Assembly: GCA_046290225.1 (NCBI GenBank) | Contig: JBKAGE010000006.1 | Coordinates: forward strand, 1 to 64,000 | Source of the DNA: Bradymonadia bacterium | GTDB lineage: Bacteria > Myxococcota_A > Bradymonadia > UBA7976 > UBA1532 | DNA length: 64,000 bases | Reading direction: 5' to 3' | Shown: in pieces, positions 42,076 to 51,363 of the stretch | Position numbering within the stretch: the stretch's first letter is position 1 | Layout of the letters: each line of letters opens with the position of its first letter | Position numbers and translations under genes: made by a program | The notes under the pieces: generated by a model | Database searches by the model: none | Told to the model about the DNA's origin: nothing | Seen by the model: only the letters and a program-made list of their open reading frames with translations

Positions 42076-42132
42076 ATGCACAGCTGCATTCATCTTCCCC
42101 CAATCCCGCATCTGGTTTATGCATTTCTGTAT
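42076..42132. promoter_or_regulatory. Candidate LysR-family operator palindromes between divergent genes
   Basis: ATGCA-CAGC-TGCAT (42076-42089) and ATGCA-TTTC-TGTAT (42119-42132). Confidence 0.5.
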
Positions 42133-43018
42133 GGAATGGCGCAGCATATGTTTCGACTGGAACCGGGCGAGGGCATTCCTCGTCACCGCAGAAGAGGGCT
42201 CTTTCTCCGCGGCAGCTCGGGCGATGGGCATGGCTCAACCCACCATAGGACGCCAGGTGGCGGCACTTGAGGAGGAGTTGTCTGTCACCCTCTTCGAGCG
42301 TGTGGGGCAGCGACTACAGCTCACCGAGGCGGGCCTCGATCTCGTGGAACACGTACGCCTCATGGCCGAGGCGGCGAATCGGCTCTCTCTCGCCGCAACG
42401 GGCCGCTCCACAGCACTGGAGGGTGTGGTGAGCCTCACAGCGAGCGAGGTGATCTCGGTGCACGTGTTGCCCCCCATCATCGCGCACCTCAGAGCCACCC
42501 ACCCTGGCATCGAGCTCGAGCTGGTGGCGACGAATACACCCAGTGACTTGCAGCGTCGTGAGGCTGACATCGCGATCCGTAGCTTCAGGCCTACCGAGGC
42601 CGATCTCACCGCTCGCAAGATCGGAGAAAGTGCCGCACATCTCTATGCATCGCCGAGCTACCTCGAAGAGCTCGGAGGCATCTCAAGCCCCACCGACCTG
42701 AACGCAGCCACGTTTCTGGGTTTCAACCGCGAGCCTGCGCTGATGCAGGGGCTCAATGCCGCCATGGGGCTCTCATTGACCCCCTCGAACTTCGCGTTCT
42801 TGTCAGAGAGCCAGCTGGCTCAATGGGCGATGACCTGCGCAGGCCTGGGTGTGTGCATCATGTTGGCCGAAGTGGGCGACGCCGAGCCCCGCGTGCAGCG
42901 GGTGTTGCCCGAGCATCCGGGCATTCCCGTACCCACATGGCTGACGACACACCGGGAGGTGCACACCAACCGACGCATCCGAGTGGTGTTCGACCTCATC
43001 GCGGAGCTGTGGCGATGA
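42131..43018 (+). CDS. LysR-family transcriptional regulator
   Basis: EEGSFSAAARAMGMAQPTIGRQVAALEEEL...LFER HTH; READIAIR. Confidence 0.95.
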   Translation: MEWRSICFDWNRARAFLVTAEEGSFSAAARAMGMAQPTIGRQVAALEEELSVTLFERVGQRLQLTEAGLDLVEHVRLMAEAANRLSLAATGRSTALEGVVSLTASEVISVHVLPPIIAHLRATHPGIELELVATNTPSDLQRREADIAIRSFRPTEADLTARKIGESAAHLYASPSYLEELGGISSPTDLNAATFLGFNREPALMQGLNAAMGLSLTPSNFAFLSESQLAQWAMTCAGLGVCIMLAEVGDAEPRVQRVLPEHPGIPVPTWLTTHREVHTNRRIRVVFDLIAELWR

Positions 43019-43114
43019 CACGCTGAGCACAGACATCGCTCACCCCGCAAAAACACGGAAGAGAACGAGGGCCTGCAAGCGTAGAGGTCGGGTGTATGCC
43101 GAAATGGAGCCCCG

Positions 43115-44296
43115 ATGTCTGCCGAGCACCCCCATGACACCCTGGTCAAAGCCCTCTTTCGAGACACCCGCAACATCGCGGCCGAGCTTCGACGTCTATT
43201 GCCTGACCATGTGATCGACCGCATCGACCTGTCATCAGTCCGGCTCGCCGACGGCGTGTCCGTCGACCCCAAGCTCCGCGACAAAGCCACCGACTTGTGG
43301 TTCGAAGCCCGCTTTCATGGGGGTCAACAAGGCTACATTTTCATGTTGTACGAGCACCAATCCTCGGTGAAGCACGAGATGGCGTGGCGCATGGTGGATT
43401 ACATGACCCGCTTCTGGCGCGACTGGATAGACGCCCAAAAGGGCCGTGACGCACCAGCCTTCCCATTGCCCGCGATCGTCCCCGTCGTGCTCTACCACGG
43501 CGCCCGACGCTGGACCGCTCCCCAACACTTCGTCGAGCTGCTCGATCTCGATGACGAGAGCCGGGCCGCCCTCTCACCTTACTTGCTTCAACTGCGATAC
43601 CGGCTCGAAGACCTGGGCGCCCTGTCGCAGGCAGAGCTGCTCGAGCAAACTGAGCAGCTGCCTCACATGCTTGGCGTCGCGTTTCTGCTCATGAGAGCCG
43701 TCGTACGCAGCGAGGATCTACTCGCCATCCTCAACAGTATTCGGGCCCAGTTCGTAGGGTTCCTTCGCATCGCCGGTCCGGATGAGATTCAAACCATCAT
43801 CAGCTATATTGAGAACACCCTTCACCGCCAGGATGTCGAAACCACCCTTGTCGAGCTCGTCGAGCACGCTGATGCAGATGAGCAGGAGGTCATCATGGAG
43901 ACCAGAAACATCTACGCTCGAGAGAGGTTCAGAAGCGCCCATGAGCGAGGCCTTGCAGAAGGCCATGCTGAGGGCCTGGAGCAGGGCCATGCCGAGGGCC
44001 TGGAGCAGGGCCATGCCGAGGGCCTGGAGCAGGGCCATGCCAAGGGCCTTGAACAAGGTCTTGAACAAGGTCTTGAGCAGGGTCTTGAGCAGGGTCTTGA
44101 GCAGGGTCTTGAACAAGGTCTTGAGCAAGGCCGGCTTGATGCAGCCCGCTCTTTGCTGAAACGCCAGATGACCATCAAGTTCGGTGCATTGGACGAAGCG
44201 ATCTTCGAGCGCATCGATGGTGCCAGTTTGGAGACGCTCCAGCTTTGGATGGAACGCATCATCACAGCTCAGACGGCCGAAGAGCTCATGCTCTGA
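43115..44296 (+). CDS. Rpn/YhgA-like (Transposase_31) PD-(D/E)xK nuclease with repeat linker and DUF4351-like C-terminus
   Basis: HDTLVK, TDLWFEA, YEHQS, PAIVPVVLYHG...W; GLEQ repeats; RQMTIKFG...L..W.ERI..A. Confidence 0.9.
   Translation: MSAEHPHDTLVKALFRDTRNIAAELRRLLPDHVIDRIDLSSVRLADGVSVDPKLRDKATDLWFEARFHGGQQGYIFMLYEHQSSVKHEMAWRMVDYMTRFWRDWIDAQKGRDAPAFPLPAIVPVVLYHGARRWTAPQHFVELLDLDDESRAALSPYLLQLRYRLEDLGALSQAELLEQTEQLPHMLGVAFLLMRAVVRSEDLLAILNSIRAQFVGFLRIAGPDEIQTIISYIENTLHRQDVETTLVELVEHADADEQEVIMETRNIYARERFRSAHERGLAEGHAEGLEQGHAEGLEQGHAEGLEQGHAKGLEQGLEQGLEQGLEQGLEQGLEQGLEQGRLDAARSLLKRQMTIKFGALDEAIFERIDGASLETLQLWMERIITAQTAEELML
43895..44296 (+). CDS. Predicted internal small protein (RpnS-type antitoxin), in frame inside rpn
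   Basis: AGGAGGT-CATC-ATG in frame, just before the repeat region. Confidence 0.6.
   Translation: METRNIYARERFRSAHERGLAEGHAEGLEQGHAEGLEQGHAEGLEQGHAKGLEQGLEQGLEQGLEQGLEQGLEQGLEQGRLDAARSLLKRQMTIKFGALDEAIFERIDGASLETLQLWMERIITAQTAEELML
43949..44130 (+). repeat. Coding tandem repeats: 24-bp (GHAEGLEQ) then 12-bp (GLEQ x7)
   Basis: GGCCATGCCGAGGGCCTGGAGCAG and GGTCTTGA(A/G)CA(A/G) arrays. Confidence 0.9.
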
Positions 44297-44306
44297 GCAC
44301 AGTGCG

Positions 44307-45125
44307 TCAGCTGAGCGTTCTACGATCGGCCAATATCAGAGTCACATGTGGATAGACGGCTCCGGGTGCTGACCACCTCACCTCTCGCTTCAAGTCGGCA
44401 GCACTCTCGACCACCTCAGCTCTGCTCAGGGGTCGGGCGAACCCAAAGCGTGGATCAAAAATCTCCCCCTCTGTGGCTTCGACCTGCCTCAACCCGCCGA
44501 CGAGACCGCCGATATGACGAGCGCCTGCGACGACGCGTCCCCCAGGGGCAGCCCGGAGCGGGCCGTCGCCATCAGCGAGCCAGAAACTCGCCAACAACGG
44601 GCCCTGAGGCGTGAGCGTATCTGCAGTGCGCCAGATCGCCCTGCGCACCTGAACATCGAGCACATGGTGCACACTGCCCCACCCGAGCAGGCACGCATCG
44701 TAGGGGCCCATGAGCCCATCGAGGCCGGCGATCATCTCTCGATACCCTGCGGTCCAGCACTGTCGGGCACCTGCGGCTCGCAGCGCCGGCAACAGCTCCT
44801 CTGCGGGCTCCAGAGCATCCACGGTATATCCAAGGGCCACGAGAGCAGCCACCTCGCGACCAGAGCCAGCACCACCCACGAGGATCATCGCCGGCGCAGG
44901 GGGCAGCGCCGTGGCGAACCATTCGGACTCCCATGGATGCAAGGTGTCGATGGCCGTACGCCATGTGGCCCCGTATAGCGGGGCCACCAGAGACTCACGC
45001 TCTTCGAGGGTGAGGGCGCGGCTCAAAAATGCGCCCATCGACAAGCGTCCAGCCTGTTGGGCCCGACGCAGCGCCTCGTCGGCTCGCGCCCAGGCGACGA
45101 CAGCTGAGGTGAGTAAACGACGCAT
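44307..45125 (-). CDS. Class I SAM-dependent methyltransferase-like protein
   Basis: LVGGAGSGRE, DALEP, GWGSVHH; TGATG coupling to the FAD subunit. Confidence 0.7.
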   Translation of the reverse strand: MRRLLTSAVVAWARADEALRRAQQAGRLSMGAFLSRALTLEERESLVAPLYGATWRTAIDTLHPWESEWFATALPPAPAMILVGGAGSGREVAALVALGYTVDALEPAEELLPALRAAGARQCWTAGYREMIAGLDGLMGPYDACLLGWGSVHHVLDVQVRRAIWRTADTLTPQGPLLASFWLADGDGPLRAAPGGRVVAGARHIGGLVGGLRQVEATEGEIFDPRFGFARPLSRAEVVESAADLKREVRWSAPGAVYPHVTLILADRRTLS

Positions 45126-45973
45126 CAGCCCTGGGGCAAGCTGCTCAACCAGGCCCGAAGCGTACGGGTGGCCACCGCCATACGGTAGTCAGCGGTGCTG
45201 CGCACATCATCGATGGGGGTGATGTCGTTGCGGAGCAAATCGGCCGCTGCGGCATCAGGGGCCTTACCCACGAGGGCAGCCTCCACTGCTGAGCAGCGGA
45301 CCGTCGTGGCCGCCACGCTCCCAAAGGCCACTCGCGCCTCGGTGACGATGCCGCCTTCGATGCGGGCGCGACCACCGAACATGACCTTGCTGATTGCCTG
45401 AGCGAGGCGGGTACCCACCTTGCGGAAGTGCGTGTGATCAGCCACGTGGCGGGCAGGCAGCCAGATGGCCGTGAGCAGCTCGTCGGCCTCGATGGCCAGG
45501 GTGCGATAACCCACATACAGCTCTGCCATGGGGATCCGCCGTGCGCCTCTGGCGGCGCTGGCCACCTCGATCTCTGCATCGAGAGACATCAACACCGGCA
45601 TGGTGTCGCCTGCGGGGCTGGCACCAGCGATGTTCCCCCCGAGGGTGCCCCGGTTCTGGATCTGTACCGCCCCCACTGTACGAGAGGCCTCCACCAATGT
45701 GGGCGCGTACGCCTGCACCGAGGTGTCGTGGATCAAGTCGGTGTAGGTGGTCAGCGCGCCGATTTTAAGCTGACCGTCGACCTCGGTGATGCCTTTGAGG
45801 GCCTGCACCGACCACAGGTTGATGACCTGCTTCGGCGCTACGCTGCCCAGCTCGATGGCCACCATGAGATCGGTACCACCAGCGAGCGGGCTGGCTTCAG
45901 GGTGCGTTGCCCGGGCAGCGAGGGCCTCGTCGAGGGTGGTGGGCGTGATCACCTCTGCGTGACATGTCAGCAT
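45125..45973 (-). CDS. Xanthine dehydrogenase-family FAD-binding (medium) subunit
   Basis: LAGGTDL, QIQNRGTLGGN, ASPAGD, PIDDVRSTADYR. Confidence 0.92.
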   Translation of the reverse strand: MLTCHAEVITPTTLDEALAARATHPEASPLAGGTDLMVAIELGSVAPKQVINLWSVQALKGITEVDGQLKIGALTTYTDLIHDTSVQAYAPTLVEASRTVGAVQIQNRGTLGGNIAGASPAGDTMPVLMSLDAEIEVASAARGARRIPMAELYVGYRTLAIEADELLTAIWLPARHVADHTHFRKVGTRLAQAISKVMFGGRARIEGGIVTEARVAFGSVAATTVRCSAVEAALVGKAPDAAAADLLRNDITPIDDVRSTADYRMAVATRTLRAWLSSLPQG

Positions 45974-46440
45974 GCCTCACCTCCATCCACAGCGAAGGCC
46001 TGCACCACAGACTCCACGATCTTCTGGTAGCCCGTGCAGCGGCAGAGATTGCCGGCGAGGGCCTCGCGGACCTGAATCGCAGTGGGCTTCGGGGTGTGGG
46101 CCAGCAGCTCTGCAGCAGCGACCAGGAAGCCCGGCGTGCAGATACCGCACTGGGCGCCACCATGCTCCAAGAACGCTTGCTGTACCGGATGCAGCGTATC
46201 CTGGGTCTCCAGACCCTCCACCGTGACCAGCGCGGCGCCGTGAACCTGCACCACGGGCACGAGGCAACTGTTCACCGACTTGCCGTCGATGAGCACCGTG
46301 CACGCGCCACACTCACCTTCGCCACAGCCCTCTTTGCTGCCGGTGACTCGGAGATCCTCCCGCAACACGTCGAGTAGACGGGCCATGGGCGGGGCATCGA
46401 CCTGGGCCTCGGCCCCGTTCAGCGTGAACTTGATCTGCAT
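45967..46440 (-). CDS. Xanthine dehydrogenase-family [2Fe-2S] (small) subunit
   Basis: GCGEGECGACT, QCGICTPG, NLCRCTGY. Confidence 0.94.
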   Translation of the reverse strand: MQIKFTLNGAEAQVDAPPMARLLDVLREDLRVTGSKEGCGEGECGACTVLIDGKSVNSCLVPVVQVHGAALVTVEGLETQDTLHPVQQAFLEHGGAQCGICTPGFLVAAAELLAHTPKPTAIQVREALAGNLCRCTGYQKIVESVVQAFAVDGGEAC

Positions 46441-48716
46441 CACAGATCCTCCTGGGCGAGCAGCCCCACCATGACCCGCTCCGGAGTCATAGGCTGATGA
46501 TCCAGGGCCACTCCAGTGGCCCGCTCTACGGCCTGAGCCACCGCAGCGGCAGGACAATCCATGGGGATCTCTCCGATGCCCTTGGCGCCGTAGGGCCCCC
46601 CAGCGAAGGGGATCTCCACCAGCACGGTCTCCATGTACGGGGCGTCGAGCGTCGTGGGGATGATGTAATTGGTGAGCCGGTTGTTGGCCATACCGCCTTG
46701 CTCGTCGAGGACCACCTCTTCACAGGTGGCATAACCCAAGGCCTGCAGGGCGCCCCCCTCAAGCTGCCCTGAGCAGAGCACGGGGTTGAGGGCCTTACCC
46801 ACGTCGGTGGCCTGAATGAATCGCCGATAGAGTACCTCGCCCGTGTCGAGATCGACGTCCACGTCGACGATGGCGCAGGACCACCCGTAGGTGGGGTAGG
46901 CCTCACCGGTGTAGGTGGCTGGATCCCACTCAACGCCCTCATCTTTGTACTGGGCCTGCACCCGCAAAGGCACTGTGGTGGTGCGGCGCTGAATCAGCGC
47001 TTCAAAGCTCACCTCTGGATCGGTCTCGCCGAGCTCTGCTCGTAGAGCCTCTTCGAGCATTTTGGCCCCCTGCAAGACCACCCCGCCCACCACCATGGCG
47101 GTGCGGCTGGCCACCGTGGGCCCGGAGTCGGGCACGATGCCGGTGTCGTGGGGGGCGTTCCGTACCCGCTCCGCGGGCAGGTTCAACGCCTCGGCAGCGA
47201 TCTGCGGGAAGATGGTCTCGGTGCCCTGACCAATGTCGGTGCTCGCGGTGTAGATGACCACGTCGTCACCCTCGAGAGCGAGATCCACCTTGCCCTTGAT
47301 GTTGGCCTCACCGTTCCCGGTGAACCCGCAGCCATGCCACGCGATGGCCACGCCTCGGCCCGACCTTCGTCGAGCGGCGTCGGCGCCTCCGCCAGGCCGG
47401 TCGACCACGGGGGAAGGCGGCAATGGGGCCTCTGCAGCGGCGAGGGCTTTGTCGAGGACCTCGAAGGCCCCGGTGTCTTCGAGCGTCTGGCCCGTGGGGG
47501 TCACGTCGCCGTCGCGGTAGAGGTTGGTCCTGCGTACTGCCACGGGGTCGAGGTCCAGCTCACGGGCGATGCGATCGATGTGGCGCTCGATGGCCCACAT
47601 GACCTGGGGGGCGCCAAAGCCCCGGAATGCACCGTTCGGCGGCGTGTGTGTGGCCACCATCACCCCATCGAGGTCGATGTCGTCGCAGGCGTACGCCCCA
47701 CCGGCGTGGATGATGCCTCGGCTGAGGACCACCGGCGACAGGGTGTTGTACGCCCCGCCGTCGAAGATCATGTGAGCCTTCAACGCCCGGAGCTTCCCTG
47801 TGGCCTTCTCCACCGCAGTGCGATAGCGGAACACAGCAGGGTGGCGCTTGGTGGTGGCCCGCAGATCTTCGTCGCGGCGGTAGATGAGCTTCACGGGCTT
47901 GCCAGTCTTGAGGGCCAGCGTCGCCGCGTGGATCGACACCATCGACGGGTACTCTTCTTTCCCGCCGAAGCCGCCACCCGTGACCGCCTGGACCACGTTC
48001 AGCCGATCCGAGACCTCGGGGAAGGCCCGCTTCATGGCTTTGACAATGTAGTACGGGCACTGCATCGAGCCGATGAGGGTGAGCCCACCGTCTTCACGGG
48101 GAGAGGCGATCATCCCCTGAGGCTCGATGTAGAGCTGCTCCTGAAGACTCACCGTATAGCGGCCCTCGACAATGGTCAGGGCATCATCCGTCTCGGCGCC
48201 CTCAAGCACCGCGTCGGCGTCACCCCGAGCGATGCCGATGCGCTTGAAGACGTTGGCCCCGTCGCCCTGGTCGAAGATCACCGTCTCGTGGCCTTCGGCG
48301 GCCTCGAGATCGAAGACCGGCTCGAGGGGGGTGTAGTCGACGATGACGTGCTTCACCGCCTCAAGGGCCTGATCCCGCGTGGGGGCCGCGATCAGCGCCA
48401 CAGGCTCCGTGGCGTGACGCACCTCGGTGCCCACCGCCGCGAGGGCAGGCTGGTCGTCGGTCATCAGCGCCACGAGGTTCTCGCCGGGGATGTCCGCGGC
48501 CGTGGCGAGGGTGATGCCGGTCCAGTCGTAATTCGGGTCGAGGGTGATGCTGTTCACCAGGGCCCGTGCGTAGGGGGATCGCACCGTGGCCCCGTACAGG
48601 CAACCCTCAGGGCGGATGTCGTCGACATAGCGAGCGGCGCCGGTGACCTTGTCTCGGCCATCGGCACGCACCCGGCTCTGCCCGACGACGCGGGTGGCTT
48701 GGTTGGGTGTGTTCAT
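46440..48716 (-). CDS. Xanthine dehydrogenase-family molybdopterin-binding (large) subunit
   Basis: KVTGAARY, GGGFGGK, AFRGFGAPQ, DIGQG, AKGIGE. Confidence 0.94.
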   Translation of the reverse strand: MNTPNQATRVVGQSRVRADGRDKVTGAARYVDDIRPEGCLYGATVRSPYARALVNSITLDPNYDWTGITLATAADIPGENLVALMTDDQPALAAVGTEVRHATEPVALIAAPTRDQALEAVKHVIVDYTPLEPVFDLEAAEGHETVIFDQGDGANVFKRIGIARGDADAVLEGAETDDALTIVEGRYTVSLQEQLYIEPQGMIASPREDGGLTLIGSMQCPYYIVKAMKRAFPEVSDRLNVVQAVTGGGFGGKEEYPSMVSIHAATLALKTGKPVKLIYRRDEDLRATTKRHPAVFRYRTAVEKATGKLRALKAHMIFDGGAYNTLSPVVLSRGIIHAGGAYACDDIDLDGVMVATHTPPNGAFRGFGAPQVMWAIERHIDRIARELDLDPVAVRRTNLYRDGDVTPTGQTLEDTGAFEVLDKALAAAEAPLPPSPVVDRPGGGADAARRRSGRGVAIAWHGCGFTGNGEANIKGKVDLALEGDDVVIYTASTDIGQGTETIFPQIAAEALNLPAERVRNAPHDTGIVPDSGPTVASRTAMVVGGVVLQGAKMLEEALRAELGETDPEVSFEALIQRRTTTVPLRVQAQYKDEGVEWDPATYTGEAYPTYGWSCAIVDVDVDLDTGEVLYRRFIQATDVGKALNPVLCSGQLEGGALQALGYATCEEVVLDEQGGMANNRLTNYIIPTTLDAPYMETVLVEIPFAGGPYGAKGIGEIPMDCPAAAVAQAVERATGVALDHQPMTPERVMVGLLAQEDL

Positions 48717-48879
48717 ATGAGTTTCATAGCAGATGCACAGTCAGAGGTCAGCGTTCACTCGGGTGAGGGTCCCACGAGCGCGGCTCTTGCCGCCCACCAC
48801 TGCCCATCCCAGACACGCTGGATCGACCGTATGGTGGGGTCCGTCGGGGTTGTCGTCTGCGAGCTCCGCGCCATGTAGC

Positions 48880-49124
48880 TCTAGAGCGTTATGCGGAAGA
48901 AACTGACGGAGCAGGCGAAGAACATCGGCGAGAGGTCGAAGGAAGAAAGCGCAGGGAGCCTGTCTGGCCTGAGGCCAGACGCTTCGGAGTCGACAGAGGC
49001 GAAGCCGGCGGAGCGTAGAAGCGCCCGAAGGGCAGGCTCTGAAGAAGCACCGAGCATTTCTGAGTTCGAGATCTCGTTGATGGGCGAGTCTGGTGTGGCA
49101 GGTAATTCCGCATAACGCTCTAGA
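48880..49124. mobile_element. MITE-like non-autonomous element with perfect 19-bp inverted ends (including terminal CTAG)
   Basis: TCTAGAGCGTTATGCGGAA (48880-48898) and TTCCGCATAACGCTCTAGA (49106-49124); no transposase inside. Confidence 0.78.
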
Positions 49125-50142
49125 TTTCGAGCGCAGCTCTGAACGCCTCGGGCAGAGCTGCCACTACAGCAGCGCATGCCGCATCAGACAACAGGGCAAG
49201 CCGATCGATGATCATCTGCCGGCTACGCTCCACATAGGGCCGGGCCAGATAGCTGACCTGCTCGCCGTACATCGGGATCACGAAGGCTTTCTCCCCCGAG
49301 CCGAGGGCTGCCGCGTTCGCCTGCACGAAGGGGGCCCAGGTGGTGCTCATCTGCTCGAGGACGAAGTCCGCGAAAGGGGTGATCTTGGGCAGAGCCGTCA
49401 ACTCGCCAGTGCCATCCCAGGTGTCCGCCCGGCGCTCGCACCAGTCGATGACTGTAGGAAAGCGATCGTGGATCACCGCCTTGGGGGCGGGATCGTAGTT
49501 GAAGTGCGCTCGCAGGCCTCCGAGCACGATACAATCCAGGGCAGTGGGGCGGCCACCGAGCAAAAATGCCGTCTGTTGGAGCTGAGACTCCGCGGCTTCG
49601 AGGATCGCCAGATACTCCTCTTCTGCAGCTTTCTTCTGCGTGGCCGAGCCCACCCCTGTGGCCCTACAAACACGGGTACCCCAAGCGATGAGCTTCTCGG
49701 CCATCTCCTGGTCCCCACCGGTGGCGCTCATGGACAGCAGCGCGTGGTTCTCGGGGTAGCTCCAGCGCCAGTGGACCGCTGTGCGGGGGATCCACTCGTC
49801 GAAGTGCTCTTCAAGGATCTGCGCCAGCACGCCCACAGCCCCCTCGGGGAACATCGCTCGGGCCGGGTAGCGGGTGTCGAGCAGCTGCATGATGGGAGTG
49901 GTGTCAGCGAGCATCCAGTGCTCGGGGGTGTGCAGCAACGGGATCTGATGCGTGCCTGATCGCATCTGCAGTTCCCAGGCGTTGTCCGAGGTCTTCGGGA
50001 CGAAGTCGTACTCAGCGCCGTAGAAGATCAGCGCCGCTTCGAGCTTGCGGGTGAAGTAGCTCTGTTGCCAGCCATAGAGGGTGTATCGCCCCGGCGCCGG
50101 GGCTTTGAGTTTGGGCTTCTCGACACCGCGGGGCGTGAACAT
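49120..50142 (-). CDS. Glutathione S-transferase-family protein
   Basis: SYFTRKL, QIPLL...DTTPI, FLLGGRPTALD; GGAG RBS. Confidence 0.82.
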   Translation of the reverse strand: MFTPRGVEKPKLKAPAPGRYTLYGWQQSYFTRKLEAALIFYGAEYDFVPKTSDNAWELQMRSGTHQIPLLHTPEHWMLADTTPIMQLLDTRYPARAMFPEGAVGVLAQILEEHFDEWIPRTAVHWRWSYPENHALLSMSATGGDQEMAEKLIAWGTRVCRATGVGSATQKKAAEEEYLAILEAAESQLQQTAFLLGGRPTALDCIVLGGLRAHFNYDPAPKAVIHDRFPTVIDWCERRADTWDGTGELTALPKITPFADFVLEQMSTTWAPFVQANAAALGSGEKAFVIPMYGEQVSYLARPYVERSRQMIIDRLALLSDAACAAVVAALPEAFRAALEI

Positions 50143-50187
50143 GGGGACATCTCCTGGGTAGACAGGAGATCTGTACTACAAAATCAC

Positions 50188-50865
50188 TCAGAGCGACGAC
50201 GTGGTCAGCCACTGATTGAGCAGGACTCGATCACCCTCGGTGAGCGCATCGACCTGACGGCGAATACGCTGGATGCGGCGGTGCACCGTGCTTCGGTTCA
50301 CCCCACGGTGACGCGCCATCTCGGCGCCGCTGCCCATGGCGAGCAGCGCCTGGAGGAACTCGATGTCCTTCGGAGGCATGTCCACCTCGGGCAGCGCCCC
50401 TTCGTCGAGCTGCTCAAGCTGGGCCTGAGCCTGACGGCGGTGCCGGTTGCGCTCGACCGCCTCAAGGACGGCGCGCTCGTCGAAACCGCGGTCCTGTGCG
50501 CGGATCAGACGCTCCGGCTCAGTGTTCGACATCGGCTGACGGGCCTGACGCTTCGCCCGGTGGAGCAGCGAGCGGAAGGTGATCACCCGGATGAAGCGCA
50601 TGAGGCCCTCGAGGGTATCACCGCGGTAGTTCAAGATGCCTGGCTGAGCGCCCTCGCGGGCAGAGAGCAGCTGGCAGAACACCTCGGAGGCTGCGTCTTC
50701 CCAATCGTCGGGACGCAAACTGCTGGAGAACCGCGCCCGACCGATGGCCTCTGCCGTGCGCACGGTGTGATCGAAGAGCACGCGCCAGAACTGGCGGGCT
50801 TCAGGCTCGCTGCGGCGGGTGACGAAGCGACGCAGTTGATCATGACTCAGCGTGATCTCAACCAT
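50188..50865 (-). CDS. Divergent ECF-type sigma factor-like protein
   Basis: DWEDAASEVF region-2-like; GAEMARHRGVNRSTVHRRI HTH; GGAGGAG RBS; overlaps upstream gene. Confidence 0.62.
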   Translation of the reverse strand: MVEITLSHDQLRRFVTRRSEPEARQFWRVLFDHTVRTAEAIGRARFSSSLRPDDWEDAASEVFCQLLSAREGAQPGILNYRGDTLEGLMRFIRVITFRSLLHRAKRQARQPMSNTEPERLIRAQDRGFDERAVLEAVERNRHRRQAQAQLEQLDEGALPEVDMPPKDIEFLQALLAMGSGAEMARHRGVNRSTVHRRIQRIRRQVDALTEGDRVLLNQWLTTSSL

Positions 50866-51292
50866 CGTTCTCCTCCTTCCCCTGGCGCAGAGGGCCGTTG
50901 CCGATCGACGTCGTCGTGCCCGGAGGCGTCAGCGGACCGTTACCGATCGACGAAGTCGACCCGGGCGGGGCCGTCTTGGAAGAGCTGGTCACCTTCAGAG
51001 CCACGCCAGGATCAGAGGGCCTGAACTCGAAGGGGCCCTCTTCGTCGGCGTGATCGATGCTCATCACGTGGACGCAGAGCTGCTCGTGGCAGTTGAGTCG
51101 ATACACATCCCAGAGCCAGCCCTCGGCGGTAAAGACCTCGATCTCCACCACCGACGTCGGGGCGTTGATCACCTCGAGGATCACCTCTTCGGTCTCCGGG
51201 GCAGACGACGGGCCGGGATCACATCCCAGAAGCGCAGCGCCCATCACGATGGCCCACAGGGGGGCACAGATGTTCTTGAGCGTGTTGTGCAT
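50858..51292 (-). CDS. Small lipoprotein with duplicated C-terminal 14-aa motif
   Basis: Lipobox LLGC; PPGSTSSIGNGPLT/PPGTTTSIGNGPLR; GAGGGAG RBS. Confidence 0.7.
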   Translation of the reverse strand: MHNTLKNICAPLWAIVMGAALLGCDPGPSSAPETEEVILEVINAPTSVVEIEVFTAEGWLWDVYRLNCHEQLCVHVMSIDHADEEGPFEFRPSDPGVALKVTSSSKTAPPGSTSSIGNGPLTPPGTTTSIGNGPLRQGKEENDG

Positions 51293-51363
51293 GACTCCCT
51301 CTTTCACTCCCTCTTATTCTTGCGGTCTGGCAGATGGTGGGCCGAACTTAAATATCGTGCGTC

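Noticed and set aside
43115..44296. Insertion sequence (annotated family name 'transposase_31')
   Set aside because: No terminal inverted repeats or target duplication seen; Rpn proteins are not demonstrated transposases
48889..49115. Two mirror-image 74-aa ORFs
   Set aside because: Their ATG and stop codons come from the element's terminal inverted repeats; no transposase motif or RBS
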